From Flavobacteriales bacterium (GTDB taxonomy: Bacteria; Bacteroidota; Bacteroidia; NS11-12g; UBA9320): DNA of 64,000 bases. Of the stretch, positions 9,262 through 19,608 are shown piece by piece. Positions within the stretch are counted from its first letter, which is position 1. Each line of letters starts with the position of its first letter. The stretch lies in the NCBI GenBank assembly GCA_020635395.1, contig JACJZV010000002.1:29914-93913 (forward strand). Reading direction: 5' to 3'. A program made the translations under genes and the position numbers. Below the pieces are notes generated by a model. The model had not been told where the DNA came from. It worked only from the letters and a program-made list of their open reading frames with translations, and ran no database searches.

Positions 9262-10983
9262 TCAATGAATGGTTAGATTCAATTTTTCTTTGAGCAATTT
9301 TAACGAAGGATTTTTCTTGGCCATTTCTTCAAACTTTTCTTGAGCAGTGTAAGCTTTGGTGCCTTCTGCTTTTTTCTTTACCTCCTCAATTTCCAATTGT
9401 AGGTTGTCGTTCTGTAATTCTCGTTTTAGAAATTGAACAAAATCGGTTCGCACCTCTTCCAACTGCACTCTGTGTTGTTTTATTAGTTTTATTTCAATCG
9501 TATTCCCAACAATAGTTGGTTTTACCAACTTAAACATGGACTGAATGATACCGCTTTCTGAAGCCTCAGCAAATTTGGTTATACAATCATCCAAAGCATC
9601 CTGACTAACGGTATTGTTTTGCTGATAAACACCCGATTCTTCAGCAACAACCTCCTTTTTGGGTTCGCTCACCACTTCGATATTGCTGCTCAGCAAATCA
9701 TCCAAACTGCCTATTTTGGCAACCTTTTCAGAATCTTGCTGCACTTTTTTTATAGCCTCCGCTTTTTTTTCAAATTCGTTGCCGGAGGGTTTTTCAACAT
9801 TCTGAGTTGATGCTGAAGTTGGAACAACAACCTTACCTGCAACGGAAGAAACAGCCGATGCCACAGGTTTTTCGGTATTATTTTGCTCGAAGTTTAAATC
9901 ATTTTTTTTTTCGCCCAGTTTTTCAAGACTCGGCAAATAGCACATTTTGATGAGGGCAAGTTCGATATGCAGCCGCTGGTTTCGACTCTGTTTGTAGTTT
10001 AAATCAAATTGATTGGCAATGTTTATGGCATTTACCAAAAAACCCTGACTCATATTTTTTGCCGAATCAATATATTTTTGGTGCACATGTGGCGGAACAT
10101 CGAGCAAAACGAGTGTTTCGCTGGTTCTACCCACCATCAAATCTCTGAAATGATTTGCCAGCCCATTTAGAAATATTTGGCCATCAAAACCATGATTTAA
10201 AATTTCGTCGAAGGCCAATAAGGCAGTAGAAATATCTTGATTTTGAAAGGCATCGGTTATTTTAAAATAATAGTCGTAGTCCAACACGTTTAAGTGCTTC
10301 ACCACATCGGCATATCGCAGCTTTTTATCACCCGATATGCTAATCATTTGGTCGAAGATAGAAAGAGCATCCCGCAAGGCACCGTCGGCCTTTTGACCAA
10401 TAATGTGCAATGCCTCTTCTTCCATTTCAATGCCCTCGGCCTGACCAATTTTTTTCAAGTGGTTTACAATATCGCCCACGGTTATGCGGCTGAACGTAAA
10501 AACCTGACAACGAGACAAAATGGTTGGCAAAATTTTGTGCCGCTCGGTGGTGGCCAAAATAAAAATGGCATAGTGCGGAGGTTCTTCCAGCGTTTTTAGA
10601 AACGCATTGAAAGCGGCTGCCGAAAGCATGTGTACCTCGTCTATGATATACACTTTGTACTTTCCAATCTGGGGCGGAATTCGCACCTGCTCGTTCAACA
10701 TTCTGATGTCTTCCACGCTGTTGTTCGAAGCAGCATCCAGTTCAAAAATGTTGTACGAAAAATCATAAGATTCGTCGGTTATGCTTTCTTTGTTTATTTC
10801 TTTGGCCAAAATACGGGCACAAGTGGTTTTGCCTACCCCGCGAGGACCGTTGAATAAAAAAGCCTGAGCCAGTTGGTTATTTTTAATTTCGTTTATCAGC
10901 GTTTTGGTAACGTGCTCCTGCCCCACCACCGTATCAAAGGTGGTTGGCCGATATTTACGTGCCGATACAACAAAATTTTCCAT
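9262..10983 (-). CDS. dnaX: DNA polymerase III subunits gamma/tau
   Basis: YRPTTFDTVVGQEHV...NGPRGVGKTTCARILAKEIN (Walker A). VYIIDEVHML. SRCQ sensor motif. Confidence 0.9.
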   Translation of the reverse strand: MENFVVSARKYRPTTFDTVVGQEHVTKTLINEIKNNQLAQAFLFNGPRGVGKTTCARILAKEINKESITDESYDFSYNIFELDAASNNSVEDIRMLNEQVRIPPQIGKYKVYIIDEVHMLSAAAFNAFLKTLEEPPHYAIFILATTERHKILPTILSRCQVFTFSRITVGDIVNHLKKIGQAEGIEMEEEALHIIGQKADGALRDALSIFDQMISISGDKKLRYADVVKHLNVLDYDYYFKITDAFQNQDISTALLAFDEILNHGFDGQIFLNGLANHFRDLMVGRTSETLVLLDVPPHVHQKYIDSAKNMSQGFLVNAINIANQFDLNYKQSRNQRLHIELALIKMCYLPSLEKLGEKKNDLNFEQNNTEKPVASAVSSVAGKVVVPTSASTQNVEKPSGNEFEKKAEAIKKVQQDSEKVAKIGSLDDLLSSNIEVVSEPKKEVVAEESGVYQQNNTVSQDALDDCITKFAEASESGIIQSMFKLVKPTIVGNTIEIKLIKQHRVQLEEVRTDFVQFLKRELQNDNLQLEIEEVKKKAEGTKAYTAQEKFEEMAKKNPSLKLLKEKLNLTIH

Positions 10984-11101
10984 TGCTACAAATCAACTAA
11001 ATTTTGATGGGAATCAATGGTTTTGTGGAAATATAAAATGGTATTTTGCGGTCGTTAAACACCGGCAAGACGCTTCTTTTAAATTTGGCTTAAAAAAACC
11101 T

Positions 11102-11803
11102 CTACCCCAAAACTCCTGTTTGCCAAAGCACCAAGCCAACGAGCAAACCTACGTTTAAGAGCAGCACCCACCACACAAAATTAGTATTGGTATTTGATTT
11201 AAAGTATTGTGTAAAATGGCCGTCAACTTTGGCATACAAATTATCCCGAGCCGAATACACATCGCCCACATCGAGGTCTTTAACACTATCGGCCACCACG
11301 CCCACCACCGGAATTCTGTCGATAACCATTTCAACCAATTTCTTAACAATGCCTGGCAAATTCTCAAATCGCTCTTTTATCAATGCCAAAAAATCAAATG
11401 CATCATTATCCACCTCTGGATCGCTTACTTTTTTAATAACCGCCTCACAAGCGGTTTCGAGTTCCCCCCGAAAACTACCGTACACATTACTTAGGGCATT
11501 GTTAATGGCAAATTTATACGCTCTGTATCCCGCATAAATGGTCAACCCTATGCCAACTAACGCCATTGCCCACAGCCACACTCCTGCCATAGAGCCACCA
11601 ATCACTTTTACTACTCCCCAAATAAAAAGGCCAATGTTTAGAACACTAAAAAGCAATACTACCTTTATGATTTTACCAATTCCCTTTAATCCTGCCTCGC
11701 GAATGAATTGCCATGCATTTGCGTATTTTTTTTGAAGGTATGATTCTTCCATTTTTTTAATTTGTTCAATATTAGAAAAATATAATTTATATCCACGAAC
11801 CAA
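11102..11803 (-). CDS. hypothetical membrane protein
   Basis: Multiple TM helices. No catalytic motif. Confidence 0.35.
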   Translation of the reverse strand: MVRGYKLYFSNIEQIKKMEESYLQKKYANAWQFIREAGLKGIGKIIKVVLLFSVLNIGLFIWGVVKVIGGSMAGVWLWAMALVGIGLTIYAGYRAYKFAINNALSNVYGSFRGELETACEAVIKKVSDPEVDNDAFDFLALIKERFENLPGIVKKLVEMVIDRIPVVGVVADSVKDLDVGDVYSARDNLYAKVDGHFTQYFKSNTNTNFVWWVLLLNVGLLVGLVLWQTGVLG

Positions 11804-11824
11804 ATCTAACTTACACCTTCTCCA

Positions 11825-14800
11825 TCAAAACAAATATCTAGCCTGCACCCTGCCAATATGAATTATAGGATTGTTGAGACTTCTACGGCCATCGTAGTTA
11901 ATTAAAATTTGAATGCTGTTCGAAAAACGGCGTTCTATCTGCAAGCCCCATTTTAGGTTTTTTCCATTTTTTAATCCGGCCAAAAGTTCGTACGCCACGG
12001 GTGAATTGTCATTGCCCAAATAATTGATGTTGACCAAACCAAAACTGGTCCGCACAATTCCCTGGTTTACCAAATTATACCTTAGTTCGGTAGTGAAGTC
12101 ATGATTATAAGTGGCCTCTCCACCATAACGCCTTTTGTTGTGAGCTTCGAAATATTGATAGTAAATCTCTGCTCTTAGTTTGGCTTGCAGCTGATACCCC
12201 AACTTGGGTTTGAACGCCTGCAAGGTATAATCGAACGCTCGATTGGCTAAAAACTGAGATGTATAGCTTTTAAGCCCTGTTGTGGCCTCCAACGACAGTT
12301 CGTAATTTCTTTTTATGTTGTATCGAATTTTGAGTTTGTTTTCAATCGAATTTCGGCTGTCAACTCCGTTTATCAAAAGAGTTTTGTTTTGGGTGTTAAA
12401 CCATTGATAATCCATACCAAATACCGGGCTGGACTGATTAAATGAAAACACGGAACGAATGGATGAATTGGATGTCAGAAGAGATGTGTCGGCCACATTT
12501 TGCACCAATGGATTAAAAAAATCGCTTCCATTGTTGTCGGTTACTTTTTTCTGCACCTTCAGCGAACTTGTATTGCTGAATCTATTAACCATTTTTAGCC
12601 ATTTTTTATCGGTTTTTCGATAAACTAAAATTGGAGAAACCCGTACGTTTTGATTGAACTCACTACTGTATGATTTTATAAAACCCTGAACAGGCAAAAA
12701 CTGCCGAATAAAATTTGCTCGTCCTGCATCATAGCCCGAGGCCAATTCAAACTCAGTCAAACTTTGCACCCCATTGCTGTCGTAGTCATTCCAAATATAA
12801 TTTCCGTTTCCGTCGCCCACTTCCAAATAGCTATACTCCCGTCGTTGCTCCTGCCCGGTTCCCAACTGATAGTATGCATTTGTAGTAATCAACTTTTTCA
12901 ATAGATTGAACCTTCCCTCCAACCGACCTTGCAGCGTATTTTCCGGTTTTAAATTGCCGGTATCATTCAAAAAGAACAATTGCCGATAGGTGGTATTCAA
13001 ATCAAACTGGGCGTTGTTTCCGGCATTATACCCCAATCCGAAATTCACATCTCTACCTTCCGTATTTTCTTTAAAAGCTCCATCATTTCCAACAAAATCA
13101 ACCCTTCTACCCACATTCAAGTTGTACACCATTTTGCCCGAATCGCCATTAAACAGGCTCATTTTGCTGTGCTCAAACCTAAAACTGGAAGCCAAAATAG
13201 AGTCTGCGTTTAGGGCAAATTTGCTGCTTTCTATCTGATGGCTAAGTTTGGTAGAAACCCATTTACCCCGTTTCAAAACCTCCGCTTGATAGCGTTCAAA
13301 ATCATTTTTTAGTTTAGAACTACCCGAAGGTAAATTGCTTTTTACATTTTCCACAACACCACTAAGCTCAAATTTTGGATATCTGATTAAAGAAGAATAT
13401 TGCTGCGAAAAACCTCCAAATTGATTGCCTCTGTTGTACCAAATTTGGTTTATGTTTAGAAATACTTTTTGGCCTTTACTAATTCCAAAAGAAGCCAAGC
13501 CTATTTTTTCTCCATAAAACTGCTGACCCTCAGTTGGGTTTGTTAGTGTTTTGTTCCACGTTCGGTCAAATTCTACATTTCGGTATCGCTCAATGTATCT
13601 AAAATTTTTGTCGGTTTGCTCAAAAGATACGGTGCTATTAAGTTTCCATGGGATTGCACTGTCTTTTGTAAGCAATTGCTCGCTTTTCCAAAATGTTTTC
13701 AATGCATAACCCAAGTCATTTTCGTGGTCGAGCCGACTAAACGTATTTATTTGATTATTGCTTTGAGCCAACTCCACGCCCAGTTTTGATTTAGAATTCA
13801 GTTGATAATCTGCACCAACCGTGAGCATTTGCAGCCGCTTTGGCGGAATCAAAATTTGAACCGGATCATAGTCTCCAATTGCATTACCAACCCACTCAAA
13901 TACTTTTCCATTGGTGGTAGATATTTTTTGCCGATAGCTACCATTGCCGTTCCCAACATAACTAAAAGTAACACGATACAGGATACCGGTGTCTGCGGGG
14001 TTTGCATAAACGAAAATAGAATCACCCAAACTGTCTTTTCGGATATAAAGTATTTGGTTAAAATTTCGCTCCAATGTCTCTTCAAACCGAGGAATATAAA
14101 CATATTGAGCATCGCCGGCATCGGCAATAAGTTGCCGAACAGATGAGCCATTAATTTCGTAATCCAAATCTTGCTGAAACGGCTGATTTTTGTTGTCTTG
14201 CTCACTAAAATAATTGGTTCTTAGTGAAATTTTGCCCTGCGAATAGTTGCCTCCCAACCTAAAAACAGAGCGGCCATAGTTTCTATCGGAATATTGAAAT
14301 TCGACAATAATCCGACTGTATTGAGTTATTAATTTTCGAGGCATAAAGGTCAACTCGCCTGTGTTGTAATTAACGGTATAATCATTTTGCTCTCCACGTG
14401 TCAATAGTTCGCCATCCAAATACACTTGCTCTGTGCCGCTGATAATGATGATAAATGTTTCGCCGTTAGCACCTTTGAGTCTATAAGGCCCTTGGTTTCC
14501 TTCAATTCCGGCAAAAATATTTCTCGAAAACCGACCACGACTTACAGCTCCTTCTCCGCTTATTTCGTATTGCCCCTTTTTGGTTGTGTCAAAATAATTG
14601 AATTGCAGGCCTCTCGATTTTTTGTTGTATTTCATAAAATACGATGATTTGGGCGTAACCATCGGAAAATCACCGGCAACCAAACCAACACTGTCTTCCA
14701 AAAATTGAAATTGAATAAAAACCCTGTCAAAATCCTGAATTTGTTGGGTGTTTCCTTCGGGCTGTATGGGATTATTATCGTCAGAAATGGCGGCCAATAC

Positions 14801-15307
14801 ATTCACTTTATTTTGCAACTGCCCATTTAGCCGTAGGTTGAGGTTGCTGTTTACCACCACATCCTGCCTATTTCCGAAACCAATGCCACGCGAAATATTG
14901 CCGATGGTTTGAATTTTATCGGTGTTTTGCTCTAAATACTTTTCGTTTTGCGGAACATAGCCAAAGGGGTCATCTTCAAACCAATAACTGATGATATTTG
15001 GATTCTTTTTTTGATAAACTTGATTGAAATTGAATTGCAAAACGCGGTAGCTTATACTCACGGAGTCTTTCGGAAAAGTATCCGACCGCCAAATCAAGGC
15101 AGATTGTAGAGGCAGCACTTCATACCTTTTTTTTTCGACTCCCTCAATCTCAAACGACTCTAAATCAATAGATAACGTGTCAAAAAAAACAGTATCATGG
15201 TTAATAAAAATACGTTTTTGGCGAAGCGATGAATTTTCTTGAGACCAAACACACACTGTTTGGAAAACAAAAATAACCACAAATAGAAACCGCTTAAACG
15301 ACACCAT
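11825..15307 (-). CDS. large (1160 aa) putative outer-membrane protein of unknown function
   Basis: Signal peptide. Beta-strand-rich Asn/Tyr/Gly composition. C-terminal ...ARYLF with a terminal aromatic residue typical of OM beta-barrels. No TonB box. Confidence 0.45.
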   Translation of the reverse strand: MVSFKRFLFVVIFVFQTVCVWSQENSSLRQKRIFINHDTVFFDTLSIDLESFEIEGVEKKRYEVLPLQSALIWRSDTFPKDSVSISYRVLQFNFNQVYQKKNPNIISYWFEDDPFGYVPQNEKYLEQNTDKIQTIGNISRGIGFGNRQDVVVNSNLNLRLNGQLQNKVNVLAAISDDNNPIQPEGNTQQIQDFDRVFIQFQFLEDSVGLVAGDFPMVTPKSSYFMKYNKKSRGLQFNYFDTTKKGQYEISGEGAVSRGRFSRNIFAGIEGNQGPYRLKGANGETFIIIISGTEQVYLDGELLTRGEQNDYTVNYNTGELTFMPRKLITQYSRIIVEFQYSDRNYGRSVFRLGGNYSQGKISLRTNYFSEQDNKNQPFQQDLDYEINGSSVRQLIADAGDAQYVYIPRFEETLERNFNQILYIRKDSLGDSIFVYANPADTGILYRVTFSYVGNGNGSYRQKISTTNGKVFEWVGNAIGDYDPVQILIPPKRLQMLTVGADYQLNSKSKLGVELAQSNNQINTFSRLDHENDLGYALKTFWKSEQLLTKDSAIPWKLNSTVSFEQTDKNFRYIERYRNVEFDRTWNKTLTNPTEGQQFYGEKIGLASFGISKGQKVFLNINQIWYNRGNQFGGFSQQYSSLIRYPKFELSGVVENVKSNLPSGSSKLKNDFERYQAEVLKRGKWVSTKLSHQIESSKFALNADSILASSFRFEHSKMSLFNGDSGKMVYNLNVGRRVDFVGNDGAFKENTEGRDVNFGLGYNAGNNAQFDLNTTYRQLFFLNDTGNLKPENTLQGRLEGRFNLLKKLITTNAYYQLGTGQEQRREYSYLEVGDGNGNYIWNDYDSNGVQSLTEFELASGYDAGRANFIRQFLPVQGFIKSYSSEFNQNVRVSPILVYRKTDKKWLKMVNRFSNTSSLKVQKKVTDNNGSDFFNPLVQNVADTSLLTSNSSIRSVFSFNQSSPVFGMDYQWFNTQNKTLLINGVDSRNSIENKLKIRYNIKRNYELSLEATTGLKSYTSQFLANRAFDYTLQAFKPKLGYQLQAKLRAEIYYQYFEAHNKRRYGGEATYNHDFTTELRYNLVNQGIVRTSFGLVNINYLGNDNSPVAYELLAGLKNGKNLKWGLQIERRFSNSIQILINYDGRRSLNNPIIHIGRVQARYLF

Positions 15308-15334
15308 TTACAAACGACCAAAGGTAAAAAAATG

Positions 15335-15342
15335 TACTTTTG
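15335..15342 (+). promoter_or_regulatory. candidate -7 box TACTTTTG for the TonB-dependent receptor gene
   Basis: Exact TAnnTTTG in the divergent intergenic region. No clear -33 TTG. Confidence 0.25.
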
Positions 15343-15462
15343 GGTTGAAAACCATTTATACTTATTGCAGAATACTGACCACTTTTTCAGTATGGTGTAC
15401 AGAATATAACATTGAAAAGACAAGAAAAATTGGGGTATCAATTACCTTTGCTTTCGAAAGAA

Positions 15463-17448
15463 ATGGTGTCGAAAATCGGTTTATTGTTATTGCTCTGTGG
15501 GCTTTCCATTGTCAAATCGATGGGACAAATTAGGCCAACATTGCCGAGCAAAACCCTTATATCTACCGGACAAACTGCCGAAGTTTTATCCGGCACATCG
15601 TTTAACAATATAACCATAATCGACCACAGCCAGATACAACTATTTAATTTTCAAACTCTTAACGACCTTTTGCAATATACCCTCAACAATTTTTCGGTGT
15701 ATTTGGGCAAGGATGGATATGCCTTAAACTATGCTGGAACAGGCCAAAAAAATGTCAAAATTTTATTGGATGGGTTACCCATCTTCCAAACTTCTATTGA
15801 CCGATATGACTTATCAAAAATTGCACTGCTTGATGTGGAAAGAGTAGAAATATTGACCGGTTCCAACAGTGTTTACAATGGCTCAAATGCGGCTTTGGCC
15901 ACAATCAACATTATCACAAAAATCAGAAGAAATAGTTTTTGGGATTCCAAAATTTCTGTAAACACAAGCAGTTTGGGCAACTTAAACGGACTTGGCAAAA
16001 TTGCTCACAACACCGCCCGAACAAATACCAGCTTGGCTTTTGGTCAATACTTTTTTTCAGGTGTTGGTGGCTACGACAGCAATCGGGTTTTTCAATGGAA
16101 ACCACAACTTAAAACCACGGTTCAGTTCAGCCACATCTACAAAATAACCAACAACCTGTCTGCCTTTGCAAAGATTGAACATAATGACTCGCGGGTTCAG
16201 GACAGAGGCTATCCCATTGCCAATACTCTGCGGGTGTATGACACCGACCAAAAAGTGCGACAACAAATATTTCATGGAGGCATCAAAGGCAAACTGAGTA
16301 AATATCATACCATCGATTTCAGCCATTCATATACCAATTTTAAATCGACCAATAAGAATACTATCAAAATTTTGAGTACGCTACAGAGTGCCGAAAATTC
16401 GGAGAAAAATGCTTTCGATATTTTGCATTACGATGAATTTTTCAGCCAGATGAAAATTTCAAAAAACAATCTGAAAAATCGGTTTAACTATGAAACCGGC
16501 ATAGAATTTAGCCACCAACGCGACTTAGAACGCAGCGTATTACATATTATCAAAACCAACATAACCCAACTTGCTTTTTTAGGAAATACAACCCTAGCTA
16601 TAGACACCAATCTATTTCTAAAAACTGGATTTAGACTGAACACCAGCAGCAAATTTGGAACAAAACCCATTGGCGAAATCGGCCTAAAATACCTGATGAG
16701 TGAGCAAGCCATTTTACTTGTCAATATGGCTCAAGGATACAGAACTCCAACCTTCAACGAAATGTTTTACACATACCTAAACCCAACGTTGAACATACTG
16801 GGAAACCTAGAATTGAAATCAGAAATTTTTAACCAAATTAACAGCACCTTGAGAATAAACTCAAATGAAAAACTTTCGTTTTTAACCAATTTTTACTGGT
16901 TGACGAGCCGCAACGGAATACAGCTTGCGAGCGTAAATCCTGAATTACAGCTATACCAATTTGTCAACTCAAAGCACTCCAAACTTATAGGACAGAGTTT
17001 TCAGTTTCAATACCACGATGTTAATTGGTTTGTTGAATTTGCTGCTTCCAACAACGGCATAAATCAATATCCAAAAGAATTGGGCAATTATTATTTCAAC
17101 CGAGAATTTTTGGCAAAATCAAGCTATCTTATCGAATCATTGAACTTTACTTTTTCGGCAGCAACTAAATATTCAAGCCCCCGAAGTGAAACCCGAGAAA
17201 ATGCCTTAGGTGAGCTTGAAGACTTCAATCAAGCCGGATTTTGGTTGGTAGATATTTCCATCAGACAAAAACTATTTGGTAAAAATATTTTTGGATTATT
17301 TGGCGTGAAAAATTTGGGAAACACGCTCAATGTGGCCGGATCCTATTTAAACCTCGACCGGATAAGCGACAGTGAAATTAACAGAAAAGTACCCCTATCC
17401 ATTGACTATGGCCGCAGATTTTGGTTTTCTTTAGTGTCGGAATTTTGA
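15463..17448 (+). CDS. TonB-dependent outer-membrane receptor (HmuR-like)
   Basis: Plug-domain signature ...VKILLDGLPIFQ...DVERVEILTGSNSVYNGSNAALATINIITK. C-terminal terminal Phe. Signal peptide from the internal Met. The ORF track starts at 15412. Confidence 0.7.
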   Translation: MVSKIGLLLLLCGLSIVKSMGQIRPTLPSKTLISTGQTAEVLSGTSFNNITIIDHSQIQLFNFQTLNDLLQYTLNNFSVYLGKDGYALNYAGTGQKNVKILLDGLPIFQTSIDRYDLSKIALLDVERVEILTGSNSVYNGSNAALATINIITKIRRNSFWDSKISVNTSSLGNLNGLGKIAHNTARTNTSLAFGQYFFSGVGGYDSNRVFQWKPQLKTTVQFSHIYKITNNLSAFAKIEHNDSRVQDRGYPIANTLRVYDTDQKVRQQIFHGGIKGKLSKYHTIDFSHSYTNFKSTNKNTIKILSTLQSAENSEKNAFDILHYDEFFSQMKISKNNLKNRFNYETGIEFSHQRDLERSVLHIIKTNITQLAFLGNTTLAIDTNLFLKTGFRLNTSSKFGTKPIGEIGLKYLMSEQAILLVNMAQGYRTPTFNEMFYTYLNPTLNILGNLELKSEIFNQINSTLRINSNEKLSFLTNFYWLTSRNGIQLASVNPELQLYQFVNSKHSKLIGQSFQFQYHDVNWFVEFAASNNGINQYPKELGNYYFNREFLAKSSYLIESLNFTFSAATKYSSPRSETRENALGELEDFNQAGFWLVDISIRQKLFGKNIFGLFGVKNLGNTLNVAGSYLNLDRISDSEINRKVPLSIDYGRRFWFSLVSEF

Positions 17449-18464
17449 TTGTATTCAAAAAAAATATCGTTTGGGTCATCGTAATGATTTTTGTAAGTTC
17501 TTGCTTTACAGAAGAAGAACGCATACAACCACTTCCTGATTCTGAACAGAGCCTTAGCCTTTACAGACCCTTTAATGGTCAGATTTATTATAGTTTGCAA
17601 CACAGAAAAGTGGTTAAGCAAAACCCTACTCTCGACTGGGATTTGGCGTTTAGCTGTCATCCCGACAAATACACCATATTGCTTAATTATACAAAAGGTA
17701 TGGCCGCTTTCAACACCCAATCTTCCGACTTTTACAAAATATATAACGAACCCGAATACCCGTGGGTTTTTGAACAATTTTCAACGGAAGAAGCTCAAAC
17801 TAGCATTGGCGTTTGGGGAGATTTTAGTTTTGAAAACCCGCAAAGCTTTGGACAGGTCTATATAATAAATATGGGTTACGGTTTAAATGGAGAATGGCTT
17901 GGTATGAAGAAAATAAAAGTCAAAACTTTTTCCGAAAAAGGATATACCATCAGTTTTGCTGACATGGATAATAGCAACGAGAAAAGCATAGAAGTAGCAA
18001 AAAATGATAGTTTCAATTTCGTTTATGTTTCTTTTTTTTACCCCAAAACCATTTTACATTTGGAACCCTCAAAAGACGAATGGGATTTGCTTTTTACCAC
18101 CTATTGTGATTCGATAAAACCACAAAAAACACACCCGCTTTATTTGCAACATCTCGACAAATCGTTTGAATTGGCCGAGGGTGTGCTATTAAACCCGCAT
18201 CAACGAAAAATTATACAAGACAGCTTAATTACCTTCAACCAAATCGATTTTTTTAAAATAGAACCCCTCATTTTCGATTATCAGCCGAATTATATCGGGC
18301 GAACTTGGTATGTTTGGGATTCGAGAACGCTAAAATACCGTATAGACCCAAATTGTTTTATCATTAAAGACGAAGAGAAAAACTACTATGCGGTGGAATT
18401 TACAAATTTTGGCAAAACGGATTTCAACCGATTTTCATTCAATTTCAGGTTTAAAAACCTTTAG
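17445..18464 (+). CDS. HmuY-like lipoprotein
   Basis: TTG start overlaps the receptor TGA (TTGA). Signal-lipobox ...IVMIFVSSC. The segment YYSLQHRKVVKQNPTLDWDLAFSCH resembles the HmuY-family DWDLAF core. Position directly downstream of a TonB receptor fits HmuY. Confidence 0.4.
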   Translation: MIVFKKNIVWVIVMIFVSSCFTEEERIQPLPDSEQSLSLYRPFNGQIYYSLQHRKVVKQNPTLDWDLAFSCHPDKYTILLNYTKGMAAFNTQSSDFYKIYNEPEYPWVFEQFSTEEAQTSIGVWGDFSFENPQSFGQVYIINMGYGLNGEWLGMKKIKVKTFSEKGYTISFADMDNSNEKSIEVAKNDSFNFVYVSFFYPKTILHLEPSKDEWDLLFTTYCDSIKPQKTHPLYLQHLDKSFELAEGVLLNPHQRKIIQDSLITFNQIDFFKIEPLIFDYQPNYIGRTWYVWDSRTLKYRIDPNCFIIKDEEKNYYAVEFTNFGKTDFNRFSFNFRFKNL

Positions 18465-18495
18465 TTTAATAGTACTTTTGCCGCAAATTTTAGAA

Positions 18496-19596
18496 ATGAA
18501 ATACCTCATTATAGTACTTTTGGCTGTTTTGGCAGCTTGCTCCATTATAAAAGGTTCGAAGAACCAAACCACAGAAAGCAATACAAATATTGGCAAACCA
18601 GATTTGGCCGATAGTGCGGAAAAACATATTAAAAACCTTCATCAGTTAACCTATGGAGGCAACAATGCCGAAGCCTATTTTAGCTTTAATAGTCGGAAAG
18701 TGGTGTTTCAAAGCGATTATTCAAAATGGAATGTTCACTGCGACCAAATATTTATGTTTGATATTGCCCAGGCAGAAAAAGACACCACCAACCCACCCAT
18801 GGTAAGCACCGGCCGAGGTCGTACCACATGCAGCTTTTTTATGCCCGATGGTGGTCATTTTTTGTATGCCAGCACACACTTGGGAGATAGTGCTTGCCCG
18901 CCTCCGGCTCCACACATTCCTGGCAAATATTTGTGGCCAATATATCCAGACTTCGACATATTTGTGGCCGACTTAAAAGGAAATATCACGCAACAATTAA
19001 CCAATGAAAAAGGCTACGATGCCGAAGCCACCGTTAGTCCCAAAGGCGACAAAATTGTATTTACCAGCACCCGCTCAGGCGATTTGGAACTATACACCAT
19101 GAATATTGACGGCAGCAATGTAAAACAAATTACCCATGAACTTGGCTATGATGGTGGAGCGTTTTTCTCGCCTGATGGAAGCAAATTAGTTTTCAGAGCC
19201 TCTCGGCCAAAAACCGCAGAAGAAATAAAAGAATATAAAGATTTTTTGGCTCAAGGCTTGGTGGCTCCTACCAACATGGAAATATATGTATGCAATGTTG
19301 ATGGCAGCGACCTACGGCAAGTTACTCATTTGGGCAAAGCCAATTGGGCTCCCTACTTTCATCCAAATGGCAAAAAAATCATTTTCAGCAGCAATCATTT
19401 TTCTGAAAGAGGCTATGAGTTTCAGTTGTTTATGATAAACGAAGACGGAACCGGACTTGAACAAATAACCACTCAAAGCGAGTTTAACGCCTTCCCAATG
19501 TTTTCTTATGATGGACGACGCATCATGTTTTCATCAAACAGAAACAATGGCGGCACGCATGATACCAACGTATTTATTGGCGATTGGGTGGATTGA
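18496..19596 (+). CDS. TolB-like WD40/PD40 beta-propeller lipoprotein
   Basis: Lipoprotein signal MKYLIIVLLAVLAACS. Repeated PD40 motifs (SPKGDKIVFTSTRSGDLELYTMNIDGSN..., FSPDGSKLVF..., HPNGKKIIFSS...). Confidence 0.65.
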   Translation: MKYLIIVLLAVLAACSIIKGSKNQTTESNTNIGKPDLADSAEKHIKNLHQLTYGGNNAEAYFSFNSRKVVFQSDYSKWNVHCDQIFMFDIAQAEKDTTNPPMVSTGRGRTTCSFFMPDGGHFLYASTHLGDSACPPPAPHIPGKYLWPIYPDFDIFVADLKGNITQQLTNEKGYDAEATVSPKGDKIVFTSTRSGDLELYTMNIDGSNVKQITHELGYDGGAFFSPDGSKLVFRASRPKTAEEIKEYKDFLAQGLVAPTNMEIYVCNVDGSDLRQVTHLGKANWAPYFHPNGKKIIFSSNHFSERGYEFQLFMINEDGTGLEQITTQSEFNAFPMFSYDGRRIMFSSNRNNGGTHDTNVFIGDWVD

Positions 19597-19608
19597 TTTG
19601 GGGTAGTC

